A DNA stretch of 64,000 nt. It comes from an uncultured Clostridium sp. GTDB taxonomy: Bacteria; Bacillota; Clostridia; Oscillospirales; CAG-272. The notes beneath the pieces are model-generated. The model was not told the DNA's origin. It did no database searches and saw only the letters and a list, made by a program, of their open reading frames with translations. The position numbers were made by a program, and so were the translations under genes. Where the stretch lies: NCBI GenBank assembly GCA_964526505.1, contig CAZGJC010000001.1, positions 16,105 through 80,104 of the forward strand, read 5' to 3'. Shown piece by piece: positions 46,463 to 55,728 of the stretch (its first letter is position 1; each line of letters opens with the position of its first letter).

Positions 46463-47758
46463 TTATTTGCAAAGTTTTTCTACCGCTTCAAATCCGTGAC
46501 TTAAATCGTCTATGATATCGTCTATATGCTCTGTGCCTATCGAAAGACGAATTGTGTTGGGATATATTCCCTGATCAAACAGTTCGTCAGGGCTTAATTG
46601 GCTGTGTGTGGTTGTTGCCGGGTGAATCACAAGGCTCTTTACGTCTGCAACGTTTGCAAGAAGCGAGAATATTTTAAGGTTGTCGATAAACGTATGTGCT
46701 TCTTTTACACCGCCTTTTATTTCAAACGTGAATATTGATGCCCCGCCGTTTGGAAAATATTTTTTATATAAATCGTGTTGTTCGTGATCGGGAAGAGATG
46801 GATGATTAACTTTTTCCACGAGAGGGTGATTTGACAGAAATTCAACAACTTTTTTTGTGTTCTCGGCGTGCCTTTCAAGGCGTAGAGACAGCGTTTCGAC
46901 GCCTTGCAAAAGCAGGAATGCCGATATGGGTGCAATGCACGCTCCCATATCACGAAGTAATACAGCACGCACGTACGTTACAAAAGCCGAACGCCCTGCG
47001 GCTTTTGTAAACGCAATTCCGTGATATGACGGATTCGGCTCTGATATTGCCGAGTATTTTTTTGATGCGGACCAATCAAAGTTACCTGAATCTACAATTA
47101 TGCCTCCGAGGGTTGTTCCGTGACCTCCGATAAATTTTGTTGCGGAGTGAATAACAATGTCGGCTCCGTGCTCAATCGGACGAATGAAAAAAGGTGTTCC
47201 GAATGTGTTATCAACAATAAGCGGTAAATTATATTTGTGTGCGATAACGCTCAGGGCATCTATATCAGGGATGTCACTGTTTGGATTTCCGAGAGTTTCG
47301 ATATAAATTCCTCTTGTATTGTCTTTTATAGCGTTTTCAACTTCCGATAAGTCGTGAATATTGACAAAAGTTGCAGTGATTCCGAGAGTGGGGAGGGTGT
47401 GAGCGAGCAGATTGTAACTTCCACCGTAAATTGTTTTTTGTGCAACAAAATGTCCGCCACTTTGTCCGAGTGCTTGCAGTGTATAAGAAATTGCGGCCGC
47501 ACCCGATGAAAGTGCAAGTGAATCGACACCACCTTCAAGTGCGGCAATTCTTTTTTCTAAAACTTCTTGTGTGGAATTTGTAAGTCTGCCGTAAATGTTA
47601 CCCGAATTTGTTAAACCGAATCGAGCGGATGCGTGTTCGCAGTTGTCGAAAACATAGGAGGTTGTTTGGTAAATCGGCACAGCACGTGATCCTGTCGTCG
47701 GATCTGCGTTTTCTTGACCTACGTGGAGTTGAAGTGTTTCAAATTTATAGTTTGACAT
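46463..47758 (-). CDS. metY: O-acetylhomoserine sulfhydrylase (aminocarboxypropyltransferase), PLP-dependent
   Basis: FETLQLHVGQ..DPTTGSRAVPIYQTTSY, HSATKFIGGHG (PLP Lys), and RLSIGTEHIDDI. Confidence 0.92.
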   Translation of the reverse strand: MSNYKFETLQLHVGQENADPTTGSRAVPIYQTTSYVFDNCEHASARFGLTNSGNIYGRLTNSTQEVLEKRIAALEGGVDSLALSSGAAAISYTLQALGQSGGHFVAQKTIYGGSYNLLAHTLPTLGITATFVNIHDLSEVENAIKDNTRGIYIETLGNPNSDIPDIDALSVIAHKYNLPLIVDNTFGTPFFIRPIEHGADIVIHSATKFIGGHGTTLGGIIVDSGNFDWSASKKYSAISEPNPSYHGIAFTKAAGRSAFVTYVRAVLLRDMGACIAPISAFLLLQGVETLSLRLERHAENTKKVVEFLSNHPLVEKVNHPSLPDHEQHDLYKKYFPNGGASIFTFEIKGGVKEAHTFIDNLKIFSLLANVADVKSLVIHPATTTHSQLSPDELFDQGIYPNTIRLSIGTEHIDDIIDDLSHGFEAVEKLCK

Positions 47759-47934
47759 ATGTAAAATTTCCTTTTCTTTTATTAAATGTGTTTTAATTGC
47801 TCGACAGAGCGTTTATGCGTTTTATTTGGTAAAATCACATTCGACCGAAACGGAAATTTTCTCGCACAAGTTTTTCAAAATAGTTCTTCATAAAGGTATC
47901 CTCACTTTTACCTACCATCTCGGTAAGCAAAAGG

Positions 47935-47963
47935 ATTATACCACGCATTACCTACCTTGTCAA
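47935..47963 (-). promoter_or_regulatory. sigma-A-type promoter for metY-nifS-nifU-rrf2, embedded in a TTACCTA/TAGGTAA inverted repeat
   Basis: On the minus strand: TTGACA (47963-47958), 17 nt, TATAAT (47940-47935) with a TGG extended -10. Confidence 0.65.
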
Positions 47964-48053
47964 TAGGTAATACAAAAAATGCTAAATTAAAAATTGGTTG
48001 TTGACAAAGAATGTTTTATGCGTTATGATATATAAGTAAAAAGGAGGGGTAAA

Positions 48054-48776
48054 ATGAGTAGAAAAATATTTTGTTTTATGATTGTGGTGGCGTTGTTTCT
48101 TGCTTGTTTGGTGTCTTGTTCACCTGCGTCGGACAATGACAGTGAAAACGGTAATCAAGATTCCAATAAAATCGGTACATTCGGATATAAATTATCCGAC
48201 GACGAAAAATCGTATGTGGTTACAAGCATTGGAACGTATAAAAGTCCAGACGTTTTGATACCTGCTGAATATAACGGAAAACCGGTAGTGGCAATTGACG
48301 ACTCGGCATTTTTTAAATGTACCGGCATAGAAACCGTTGACTTTGAAAGCGATAGCAACGTAACGAAAATAGGAGAGTATGCGTTTAGCGGTTGTGTGAA
48401 TTTAAAAAGCATTAAAATACCGAACAGCATAACGCATATAGGAAAAAGTGCATTCGGAAACGGTGCCGTGATTGTCGGAGGAAACAGTATAATTGCCGAT
48501 GCTTGTACGAGTCTTGAAAGTGTATTGTTTGGTGAATCTTGCAGAGTTTCTTCGTTTGAATATGCGTTGTTTAGCGGCTGCACTGCACTCAAAGAAATCG
48601 AAATCCCACGAAGTGTCGGTCAAATCAACGAAAAAGTTTTTCTCGGATGTGACAATTTGCAAACTGTTATTTACCGAGGCACACTTGAAGAATGGAATAA
48701 TATTCCAAAGGGAAGACAGTGGATTTTAAATACGGACAGTTGCACGATACGTTGCACAGACGGAGATGCACAGTAA
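48054..48776 (+). CDS. leucine-rich-repeat (BspA-type LRR) lipoprotein
   Basis: Lipobox LVSC. Repeats such as AFSGCVNLKSIKIPNSITHIGKSAF and FSGCTALKEIEIPRSV. AGGAGG RBS present. Confidence 0.75.
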   Translation: MSRKIFCFMIVVALFLACLVSCSPASDNDSENGNQDSNKIGTFGYKLSDDEKSYVVTSIGTYKSPDVLIPAEYNGKPVVAIDDSAFFKCTGIETVDFESDSNVTKIGEYAFSGCVNLKSIKIPNSITHIGKSAFGNGAVIVGGNSIIADACTSLESVLFGESCRVSSFEYALFSGCTALKEIEIPRSVGQINEKVFLGCDNLQTVIYRGTLEEWNNIPKGRQWILNTDSCTIRCTDGDAQ

Positions 48777-48867
48777 TATAAACAAAACCCCCGAGAGAGT
48801 TTTTAAAGCCGTTTTGCGGAACTTTAATCAACTGTCTCGGGGTATTTATTTACATCACATTGTAAAA

Positions 48868-50061
48868 TTATTCTGTTGTATAGTTGTCGAAATATCCTTG
48901 TATATAAACGATGGGCGTACCCTTATCTCCGGAGCCTGACGTGAGGTCGCAAAGCGAACCTATAAGGTCCGTGAGGCGACGAGGAGTTGTACCCTCCGAT
49001 GCCATTTGACCGACAAGGTTTTCATCTTTTTGGTGGATCTTTTCCTTGATTGCGTCTTTGAGTTCATCTCCGGTAAGAGATGCGAAATCGTTATCTGCGA
49101 GATATTTAAGTTTGAGTTCGTTGGGGGTTCCGACAAGTCCCGATGTGTATGCGGGAGAAACTACCGGGTCCGCAAGTTCCCATATCTTTCCAACAGGGTC
49201 TTTGAATGCACCGTCACCGTAAACCATAACTTCAACATGCTTACCTGTTGCTTCGAAAATGTTTTTCTGAATTTGGTCTACGACGGGTTGACATTCACGG
49301 GGGAAGAGTTTAACGGTGTCTTCCGTTGCCTTGTTGGAACCGAGAAGACCGTAATTTTCATTATATCCGCTTCCGTTTATTGAAGAATTTAAAATTTCGT
49401 CAAGTCCGTAAACTATTTCCGCACCTGCGGATTTGAGAAGTCTCTTTGTGCGTACACGTGTGTGGATATCGCAGTTGAGAACATTCTTTGTATAGTCAAG
49501 AATCGCACGGCAATTGTTTGCAAAGATTATTTCGCATTCCGCACCGGCTTCTTTTATAATTGATTCGTAATATTCAACGTAATCTACACCGGTGAATCTG
49601 TGCTTTTCGTATCCGAAAAGTTCACGGTATTTCGAAAGACTGAGAACGTCTCTGTACGGGTCAATACCTTTTTCGTCAAGTGCGTCGATACTGATGAGAT
49701 GGTTTCCGACTTCGTCGGACGGATAAGAGAGCATAAGAACGATTCTCTTTGCACCCATAGCAATTCCACGGAGACATATAGCAAATCTGTTACGGCTGAG
49801 GATAGGGAATATAACGCCTACTGTTTCACCACCGAATTTCGCTCTTACGTCATCGGCAATATTTTCAACCGACGCATAGTTCCCTTGGGCACGTGCGACA
49901 ATTGCTTCTGTCATAGCAACGACATCTCTGTCTCTGATTTCAAAGCCTTCTTCTTTGGCAGCGTCAAGTACAGATGACGTGACTATCTGTGCGATATCGT
50001 CACCGCTACGGATAATGGGGGCACGAACACCTCGTGATACTGTTCCAACCATACGACTCAT
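48868..50061 (-). CDS. F420-0:gamma-glutamyl ligase (CofE)-like family protein, long form
   Basis: RAPIIRSGDDIAQIV, GLLGSNKA, and LADP...LIGSLCDLTSGSGDKGTPIVYIQG resemble the CofE-family fold motifs. Start at MSRMVG (ATG 50061, GGAG RBS). Confidence 0.65.
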   Translation of the reverse strand: MSRMVGTVSRGVRAPIIRSGDDIAQIVTSSVLDAAKEEGFEIRDRDVVAMTEAIVARAQGNYASVENIADDVRAKFGGETVGVIFPILSRNRFAICLRGIAMGAKRIVLMLSYPSDEVGNHLISIDALDEKGIDPYRDVLSLSKYRELFGYEKHRFTGVDYVEYYESIIKEAGAECEIIFANNCRAILDYTKNVLNCDIHTRVRTKRLLKSAGAEIVYGLDEILNSSINGSGYNENYGLLGSNKATEDTVKLFPRECQPVVDQIQKNIFEATGKHVEVMVYGDGAFKDPVGKIWELADPVVSPAYTSGLVGTPNELKLKYLADNDFASLTGDELKDAIKEKIHQKDENLVGQMASEGTTPRRLTDLIGSLCDLTSGSGDKGTPIVYIQGYFDNYTTE

Positions 50062-50289
50062 AATTTTCACTCCTTTGACCGACATGTCTATATCGGTACA
50101 CTAAAATTTTAACACCGATATTATATCAAAAAATATCCTGTTTGTAAATAGAATTATAAAAAAAATTTTGTCCTCGGAAAAATTTTTTATGCCTCAAACA
50201 AAAACAAATATAATATTTGTTTTTTGTGTTGAAAAAAAATCGAAAATGTGATATGATAATAAAGAGAATAAAAATAAGGAGAAATAAAA

Positions 50290-51111
50290 ATGTATAACAA
50301 ACTTTTGACTTGCCTTAAAAGCATAAAGGAAAAAACTGATTTTAAACCGTACGTCGGAATAATTCTCGGTTCCGGACTCGGTGCTTATGCGGAAGAAATT
50401 GAAGTTGAAGCGGTTATAAATTATGATGAAATCGACGGATTCCCCACCTCAACCGTCGCCGGACACAAAGGTCGTTTTGTTTTCGGATACGTTCGTGGCG
50501 TTCCCGTTGTTATTATGCAGGGAAGAGTTCACTATTATGAAGGGTATGCCATGTCCGATGTTGTTTTGCCAACAAGAATAATGGGTATGCTCGGTATAAA
50601 GAAACTTCTCTTGACAAATGCGGCGGGTGGAGTGAATACAAGTTTTTCCGCAGGTGACCTTATGATGATCACCGACCAAATAGCAACTTTTGTACCCAAT
50701 CCCTTGCTTGGAAGAAATATTGATGATTTCGGAGCAAGATTTCCGGATATGAGTGAAATTTACAGCAAAAAACTCAGAGAATGCATACTATCTGCCGCAA
50801 GCAAATGTAATATCAATTTAAAACAGGGCGTTTACATGCAATTGACAGGTCCGAGTTATGAGTCTCCTGCCGAAGTAAGAATGTGCAGAATTCTCGGAGG
50901 AGATGCCGTTGGTATGAGTACGGCTTGCGAGGCGATTGCTGCAAGACATATGGGTATCGAAGTTTGCGGTGTTTCCTGCATTACAAATATGGCGGCGGGA
51001 GTTCTTGATCAAAAACTCAGCCACAGTGAAGTTCAGGAAACCGCTGACAGAGTGGCGGTGCAATTTAAAGCCCTTGTTACCGAAATTATAGACGAAATCG
51101 GTCATATTTAA
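50290..51111 (+). CDS. punA: purine nucleoside phosphorylase (trimeric PNP/PunA type)
   Basis: GIILGSGLG, GHKGRFVFG, MQGRVHYYEG, and GADAVGMSTACEAIAARHMG. Confidence 0.92.
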   Translation: MYNKLLTCLKSIKEKTDFKPYVGIILGSGLGAYAEEIEVEAVINYDEIDGFPTSTVAGHKGRFVFGYVRGVPVVIMQGRVHYYEGYAMSDVVLPTRIMGMLGIKKLLLTNAAGGVNTSFSAGDLMMITDQIATFVPNPLLGRNIDDFGARFPDMSEIYSKKLRECILSAASKCNINLKQGVYMQLTGPSYESPAEVRMCRILGGDAVGMSTACEAIAARHMGIEVCGVSCITNMAAGVLDQKLSHSEVQETADRVAVQFKALVTEIIDEIGHI

Positions 51112-51118
51112 CTTATAT

Positions 51119-51159
51119 ACAAGCAAAAAAGTCCGCAAAATGCGGACTTTTTTGCTTGT
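51119..51159. terminator. bidirectional intrinsic terminator
   Basis: acaagcaaaaaagtccgca / tgcggacttttttgcttgt, a 19-bp stem. Confidence 0.85.
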
Positions 51160-51162
51160 ACT

Positions 51163-51783
51163 TTATGTTTTCTTAAAAACAAATTTGGATTCACTGTGTG
51201 AAAAAAGTCGTTTGATATTTGCACGGTGACGGTATATCATAAATAACACGTCAATTACATAAAGCACTACGGAGAAAACAGAATCTGCACCGAATAGGAC
51301 TAATAAAAGCGGACATACAAGCATGGCGACCATTGTTGCCAGTGACATATACTTTGTCGTCAAAAGTAATATGACCATTATTGTGGTCGATAACAGTCCT
51401 ATACGCCAATCGAGAACCCACGTTGACGACAGACACACCAAAAATCCCTTTCCTCCCTTGAATTGATACCATATCGGATATGCGTGACCGAGCATTGCAA
51501 ATAGGCAAGTGAAAGTTATCCCCACCTGGCGTAAATCGTACAATTGTCCGAATATAGTTCCGAAAAGTATTGACGGGAGTGCCGATTTCAATAGGTCGAA
51601 AATCATAACAGGAATTGCCCATTTCAGTCCAAAACATCTTTTGAAGTTTGTAAAACCGGGGTTTTTGCTGCCACATTCACGTATGTCTTTTTTGTAAACG
51701 CATTTTGATATTATAATTGCGGGATTTATTCCGGCAATTAAATATGAAGAAATTGCCACACAAACAAATAATAAAATTTTCAT
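51163..51783 (-). CDS. plsY: glycerol-3-phosphate acyltransferase PlsY (acyl-phosphate dependent)
   Basis: GSKNPGFTNFKR, GH.YPIWY.FKGGKG, polytopic. Confidence 0.92.
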   Translation of the reverse strand: MKILLFVCVAISSYLIAGINPAIIISKCVYKKDIRECGSKNPGFTNFKRCFGLKWAIPVMIFDLLKSALPSILFGTIFGQLYDLRQVGITFTCLFAMLGHAYPIWYQFKGGKGFLVCLSSTWVLDWRIGLLSTTIMVILLLTTKYMSLATMVAMLVCPLLLVLFGADSVFSVVLYVIDVLFMIYRHRANIKRLFSHSESKFVFKKT

Positions 51784-51792
51784 ATGCGTACT

Positions 51793-53445
51793 TTATTCCA
51801 ATATGAGAATGTAATCGTATATTTCCTGCATTCCGTTTATGACAAAAAATTCTTTTCCGGGATATTTTTCAGAAAGATTCTTTTGAATTTTCGCAAAATC
51901 TTCATCATTGGAATCAATTCCACGTATGATAAAGCAAATGTCATAGCGACTTAGATTTAGATTATCGGCGGTTCTGCAAACCGCTTCGACACAGTTGCTT
52001 CCTTTTGCTATAAGTTCTTTGCCGACAAAACCTATGTAATCTCCGATACTCAAATTCATATCCGCAGTCTCCACGTTTCTTACACAACGTGATATTTCCG
52101 CTGTAACGACACCGCACATTGCATCTTCAAGTTCACGAACAATATCGTCGGTATTCCCAATATCCGTGTCAAGCATAGACAGTGCGGAATATCCGTCTCC
52201 TATTGTTTTACTTTCGATTACACGAACGTCTGCATCTTTGTACATACTCGACGCTTGCTTTGCCGCAAGAATGACGTTGCTGTTATTGGGAAAAACAAAT
52301 ATTGTTTTTGCACACACTGCATCAAATGCACGTAAGAAATCCTCCGCAGAGGGGTTGTTGCTTTGACCGCCATCTACAATAAAGTCGGCACCGATGTTCA
52401 AAAAAAGTTGCTTTATGCCTTCTCCTGATACAACGGCAACCACACCGTAATCCTTTTTTTCTTTTTGAACGGCAGGTTTTATATCTTCTTTTTCCGATAT
52501 AATATTGTTGTGTTGGAGAGACATATTCTCGATTTTAACTTTCAGAAATTCTCCGAATTTTTGACATAATGCCAAAACAACGTCCGGGGTTTTCGTGTGA
52601 ACGTGTATTTTCAAAATACTGCCGTTTTTTACGGCGACTATGGAATCGCCTATTTTGGTGAGTTCATCTGTTACAATCGATATGTCAAAATTGTCAACGT
52701 TTGTTTTTGCGTTTTGAAGCCTTACCAAAAGTTCGGTGCAATATCCGAATTCCAGAACGCTGTCCTCATCGAATGCATCAAGGTCAATATCATTAGATTT
52801 TTGATTGTGTGTTGAAACGGAATAAGTTGCATCTCCGTTCAATACACGTCTCATTCCGTCGATTATATATATAAGACCGGCACCTCCTGAATCTACCACG
52901 CCCGCCTTTTGCAACACGGGGAGCAAAGACGGAGTATTTTTCAGAGATTTTTCCGCCTCGCATATAAATGCATCGAGAAAATCAGAAGGTGTGGTTGGGT
53001 TTTGCGTGCAAGCGTAATCGGTTGCCTCACGGATTACGGTTAAAATCGTACCCTCTGTTGGCGTCATAACCGCATCATATGCTTTTTTTACACCTAATTT
53101 GAATGCCTCGCACATTGCGTCTGCATCAGCCTCAACTTTTTCCGAGAATCCACGTGTTATTCCGTCGAAAAATTGCGAGAGAATGACTCCCGAATTCCCC
53201 CGTGCCGCAAGTAGCATACCATTTGATATACGTTGTGCCGCATCTGACAGACTTTCTGTTTTGGATATCTCGATTTCCGCCCCACCGAGCATGGTAAGGA
53301 GCATATTTTCTCCTGTATCTCCGTCGGGGATAGGGAAGACGTTTAAATCGTTTACTTCATTGACGTGTTCTTTCAGATTTGCGGCACCTGCCGAGATCAT
53401 ATGAGCGTAACAAGCCCCGTTGACTTTATCATAATTTGTCATCAT
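51793..53445 (-). CDS. fakA: DAK2-domain fusion protein YloV / fatty acid kinase subunit FakA-like
   Basis: DGDTGENM and ARGNSGVILSQ (Dak2 domain), plus a C-terminal DegV-like region. 550 aa. Confidence 0.87.
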   Translation of the reverse strand: MMTNYDKVNGACYAHMISAGAANLKEHVNEVNDLNVFPIPDGDTGENMLLTMLGGAEIEISKTESLSDAAQRISNGMLLAARGNSGVILSQFFDGITRGFSEKVEADADAMCEAFKLGVKKAYDAVMTPTEGTILTVIREATDYACTQNPTTPSDFLDAFICEAEKSLKNTPSLLPVLQKAGVVDSGGAGLIYIIDGMRRVLNGDATYSVSTHNQKSNDIDLDAFDEDSVLEFGYCTELLVRLQNAKTNVDNFDISIVTDELTKIGDSIVAVKNGSILKIHVHTKTPDVVLALCQKFGEFLKVKIENMSLQHNNIISEKEDIKPAVQKEKKDYGVVAVVSGEGIKQLFLNIGADFIVDGGQSNNPSAEDFLRAFDAVCAKTIFVFPNNSNVILAAKQASSMYKDADVRVIESKTIGDGYSALSMLDTDIGNTDDIVRELEDAMCGVVTAEISRCVRNVETADMNLSIGDYIGFVGKELIAKGSNCVEAVCRTADNLNLSRYDICFIIRGIDSNDEDFAKIQKNLSEKYPGKEFFVINGMQEIYDYILILE

Positions 53446-54341
53446 TTAATTTCTCCGACTTTATAAGTGATTTCTTGACCAAATCCCCAAACGCCTATTG
53501 CGTCCGGTCCTATTGACGCACCGATAATGGGACCGACGTATACTGTGTGAATATTTTTACAATTTATTTCATTTTTTACGGTGTTTGTGACGAAATCAAT
53601 TTCTTCTTGTGAGCAATCTCCGTGAGCAATATATATTGTCTGAGTTTCCGGATTGATTATGGAACTTTTTAGTTGAGAAACTATTTCACATAATGAATTT
53701 TGACGCCCCTTAACTTTCTTGCAGGGAGTTTGCGTTCCGTCTGCATCGGAAATCAAAATCGGTTTTACACCCATTATATTACCAAAAAACGCCGCAGATG
53801 CTTTAACTCTTCCGGCACGTCGCAAGGCGTCAAGCGAATGTACGGTAACGTATTGATTTACATGGTTTCTCATACCCATTATCTTGACGTATATCTCATC
53901 TGACGAAAGTCCGTCTTGTGCCATTTTCGATGCTTCTATTGCAAGCATTCCTTCTCCGATAGATGCGTTTAGTGAATCTATGCAGTAAATTTTGGAGTTA
54001 GGATAGTCGGAAAGCATTTTGTTTGCAACAACGTAACCGGTATTCACGGAACCCGATTGCTTGGTTGAACATCCTATGTAAACAATATCGTATCCATCCG
54101 ACAGATACTTTTTGAATATTTTCTGAAATTCATCTACCGATACTTGCGACGTAGTTATACGATTTCCGCATCTCATAATCTCATAGAAATCATGTGCCTC
54201 ATTGTCAGTCCACGTCGTTATGGCAGGGGATTGATACCCGTTGTAAACCGTAGACATTTTTGCATAATCAACGTCATATTGTGTAAGAAGTTCCTCGTCA
54301 AGGTCGGCACAGGAATCGGTGATTACTTTAACTTTGTTCAT
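53442..54341 (-). CDS. DegV-family fatty-acid-binding protein (FakB-like)
   Basis: VKVITDSCADL, TSQVS, and SGS.N. Overlaps the fakA start by 4 nt. Confidence 0.9.
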   Translation of the reverse strand: MNKVKVITDSCADLDEELLTQYDVDYAKMSTVYNGYQSPAITTWTDNEAHDFYEIMRCGNRITTSQVSVDEFQKIFKKYLSDGYDIVYIGCSTKQSGSVNTGYVVANKMLSDYPNSKIYCIDSLNASIGEGMLAIEASKMAQDGLSSDEIYVKIMGMRNHVNQYVTVHSLDALRRAGRVKASAAFFGNIMGVKPILISDADGTQTPCKKVKGRQNSLCEIVSQLKSSIINPETQTIYIAHGDCSQEEIDFVTNTVKNEINCKNIHTVYVGPIIGASIGPDAIGVWGFGQEITYKVGEIK

Positions 54342-54488
54342 AATATTATCTACCTTTCTTTTTCAAGAAATATTGTGGTTGGATTATATAGCTGTTATTT
54401 TAAACGAATGTTAACTGAATGCCCGTTCACATATTATTTACAATTGCCCTGATTTTTGCATTTACATGTTATTGATGATTTGTATAAA

Positions 54489-54517
54489 CAAAAAAGAGGT
54501 CTGATGACCTCTTTTTT
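54489..54517. terminator. bidirectional intrinsic terminator (ends the tRNA transcript)
   Basis: agaggtc (54495-54501) / gacctct (54506-54512), 4-nt loop, flanked by an A-run and a T-run. Confidence 0.8.
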
Positions 54518-54613
54518 GTTTAAACGTTTGGAGTGAAATCCGAATTGCACCCCGTGGTATGAAGCTAGGCAGATCGCTACATGCCATAGATAATGTGTGC
54601 AGATACTGCGTGC

Positions 54614-54690
54614 TGGTGGAGACAGCAGAACTCGAATCTGCGACCCCTTGCATGTCAAGCAAGTACTCTAACCAACTGAGCTATGCCTCC
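54614..54690 (-). tRNA. tRNA-Val (anticodon GAC), CCA encoded
   Basis: The minus strand reads GGAGGCATAGCTCAGTTGGTTAGAGTACTTGCTTGACATGCAAGGGGTCGCAGATTCGAGTTCTGCTGTCTCCACCA. It folds by hand into a cloverleaf: a 7-bp acceptor, a GCTC/GAGT D stem, anticodon stem CTTGC/GCAAG with loop TTGACAT, and T stem GCAGA/TCTGC with a TTCGAGT loop. Confidence 0.93.
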
Positions 54691-54710
54691 GTATTTAATT
54701 ACCGTAACAC

Positions 54711-54739
54711 AGTATATCACAGATTGTGCTAAAATGCAA
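54711..54739 (-). promoter_or_regulatory. sigma-A-type promoter for tRNA-Val
   Basis: On the minus strand: TTGCAT (54739-54734), 17 nt, TATACT (54716-54711) with a TGa extended -10. About 14 nt of leader precede the mature 5' end. Confidence 0.6.
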
Positions 54740-54762
54740 TACCATTTTTTCAAATATTTGCG

Positions 54763-54792
54763 AAAAAAAGAGGGAATAACCCTCTTTTTTTT
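54763..54792 (-). terminator. intrinsic terminator after deoC
   Basis: gaggg (54770-54774) / ccctc (54780-54784) flanked by an A-run and a T-run. Confidence 0.75.
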
Positions 54793-54805
54793 GCAAAAAA
54801 TCAAA

Positions 54806-55474
54806 TCAGTATCCCGAACCCTGAATGCCTTTTACTGCTTTTACGACTCTACTCGTTCCGAGTCGTGATGCACCTGCGTCGATAAATGCCTGTGCGTCGT
54901 CAAGACCGGAAATTCCTCCTGCCGCTTTTACGAGAACGCCATCGCCTACGTTATCGTGCATAAGTTTAACGTCCTGTAATGTTGCACCGGCACTTGAAAA
55001 TCCCGTGGACGTTTTAATGTAGTCGGCACCCGCTTTTGTAACAATTTTGCACATTCGGATTTTTTCTTCGTCCGAAAGTAAACATGTTTCGATTATAACT
55101 TTGAGGATTTTGTTTCCGCAAGCCTTTTTGATTTGATGTATTTCTTCACAAATGTCGTCGTCTTTGCCTTCACGCAAAAGACCGACGTTGATAACCATAT
55201 CGATTTCGTCCGCACCGTTGTTTATTGCGTCCGAAGTTTCAAAAACTTTTACTGCGGTTGTGTTGTATCCGTTGGGAAAGCCTATTACCGTACAAACAGC
55301 AAGTTTGTCTCCTACGTATTCTTTTGCTTGCTTTACAAAACTCGGGGGGATACAAACCGATGCGGTAGAATACTTCATTCCGTCGTCGCATATTGCTTTA
55401 ATATCTTCCCACGTCGCAGTTTGCGAAAGAAGCGTATGATCACATTTTGATAAGATATTTTGAATGTCTGCCAT
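54806..55474 (-). CDS. deoC: deoxyribose-phosphate aldolase
   Basis: [32 protein letters not shown] (Schiff-base Lys), and VKAAGGI. Confidence 0.95.
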   Translation of the reverse strand: MADIQNILSKCDHTLLSQTATWEDIKAICDDGMKYSTASVCIPPSFVKQAKEYVGDKLAVCTVIGFPNGYNTTAVKVFETSDAINNGADEIDMVINVGLLREGKDDDICEEIHQIKKACGNKILKVIIETCLLSDEEKIRMCKIVTKAGADYIKTSTGFSSAGATLQDVKLMHDNVGDGVLVKAAGGISGLDDAQAFIDAGASRLGTSRVVKAVKGIQGSGY

Positions 55475-55699
55475 TTTAAAATTCCTTCCTTTATTTATAG
55501 TTTAATTTTCCGCTTTGATTATACAAAAAAAAACTTTATCTGTCAACCGATATTTGAAAAATATTTGTAAAATCACGGTAGCGACATATGCTTAAAGTGC
55601 AATCATAAAATCAACAAAAATTATGCAAAAAATAGTCACAAAAAAAGCACCTGACAATATTGCATTTTGTACGAAAAATTTCCCGAGTACAAAAAACTG

Positions 55700-55728
55700 T
55701 TGCGTTCTGTCGATAAATGTGATATAAT
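55700..55728 (+). promoter_or_regulatory. sigma-A-type promoter for the RDD-family gene
   Basis: TTGCGT (55700-55705), 17 nt, TATAAT (55723-55728) with a TGa extended -10. Confidence 0.55.

Noticed and set aside
54518-54613. Possible second tRNA or tRNA-like RNA in the ~95 nt between tRNA-Val and its terminator
   Set aside because: I could not build a cloverleaf. There is no complementary 7-bp acceptor pair and no GTTCGAATC-type T-loop. Only short hairpins are present (ctat-ggca...tgcc-tag, gcag-tat-ctgc). I treat it as an unassigned 3' trailer. A tRNAscan or Rfam run would settle it.
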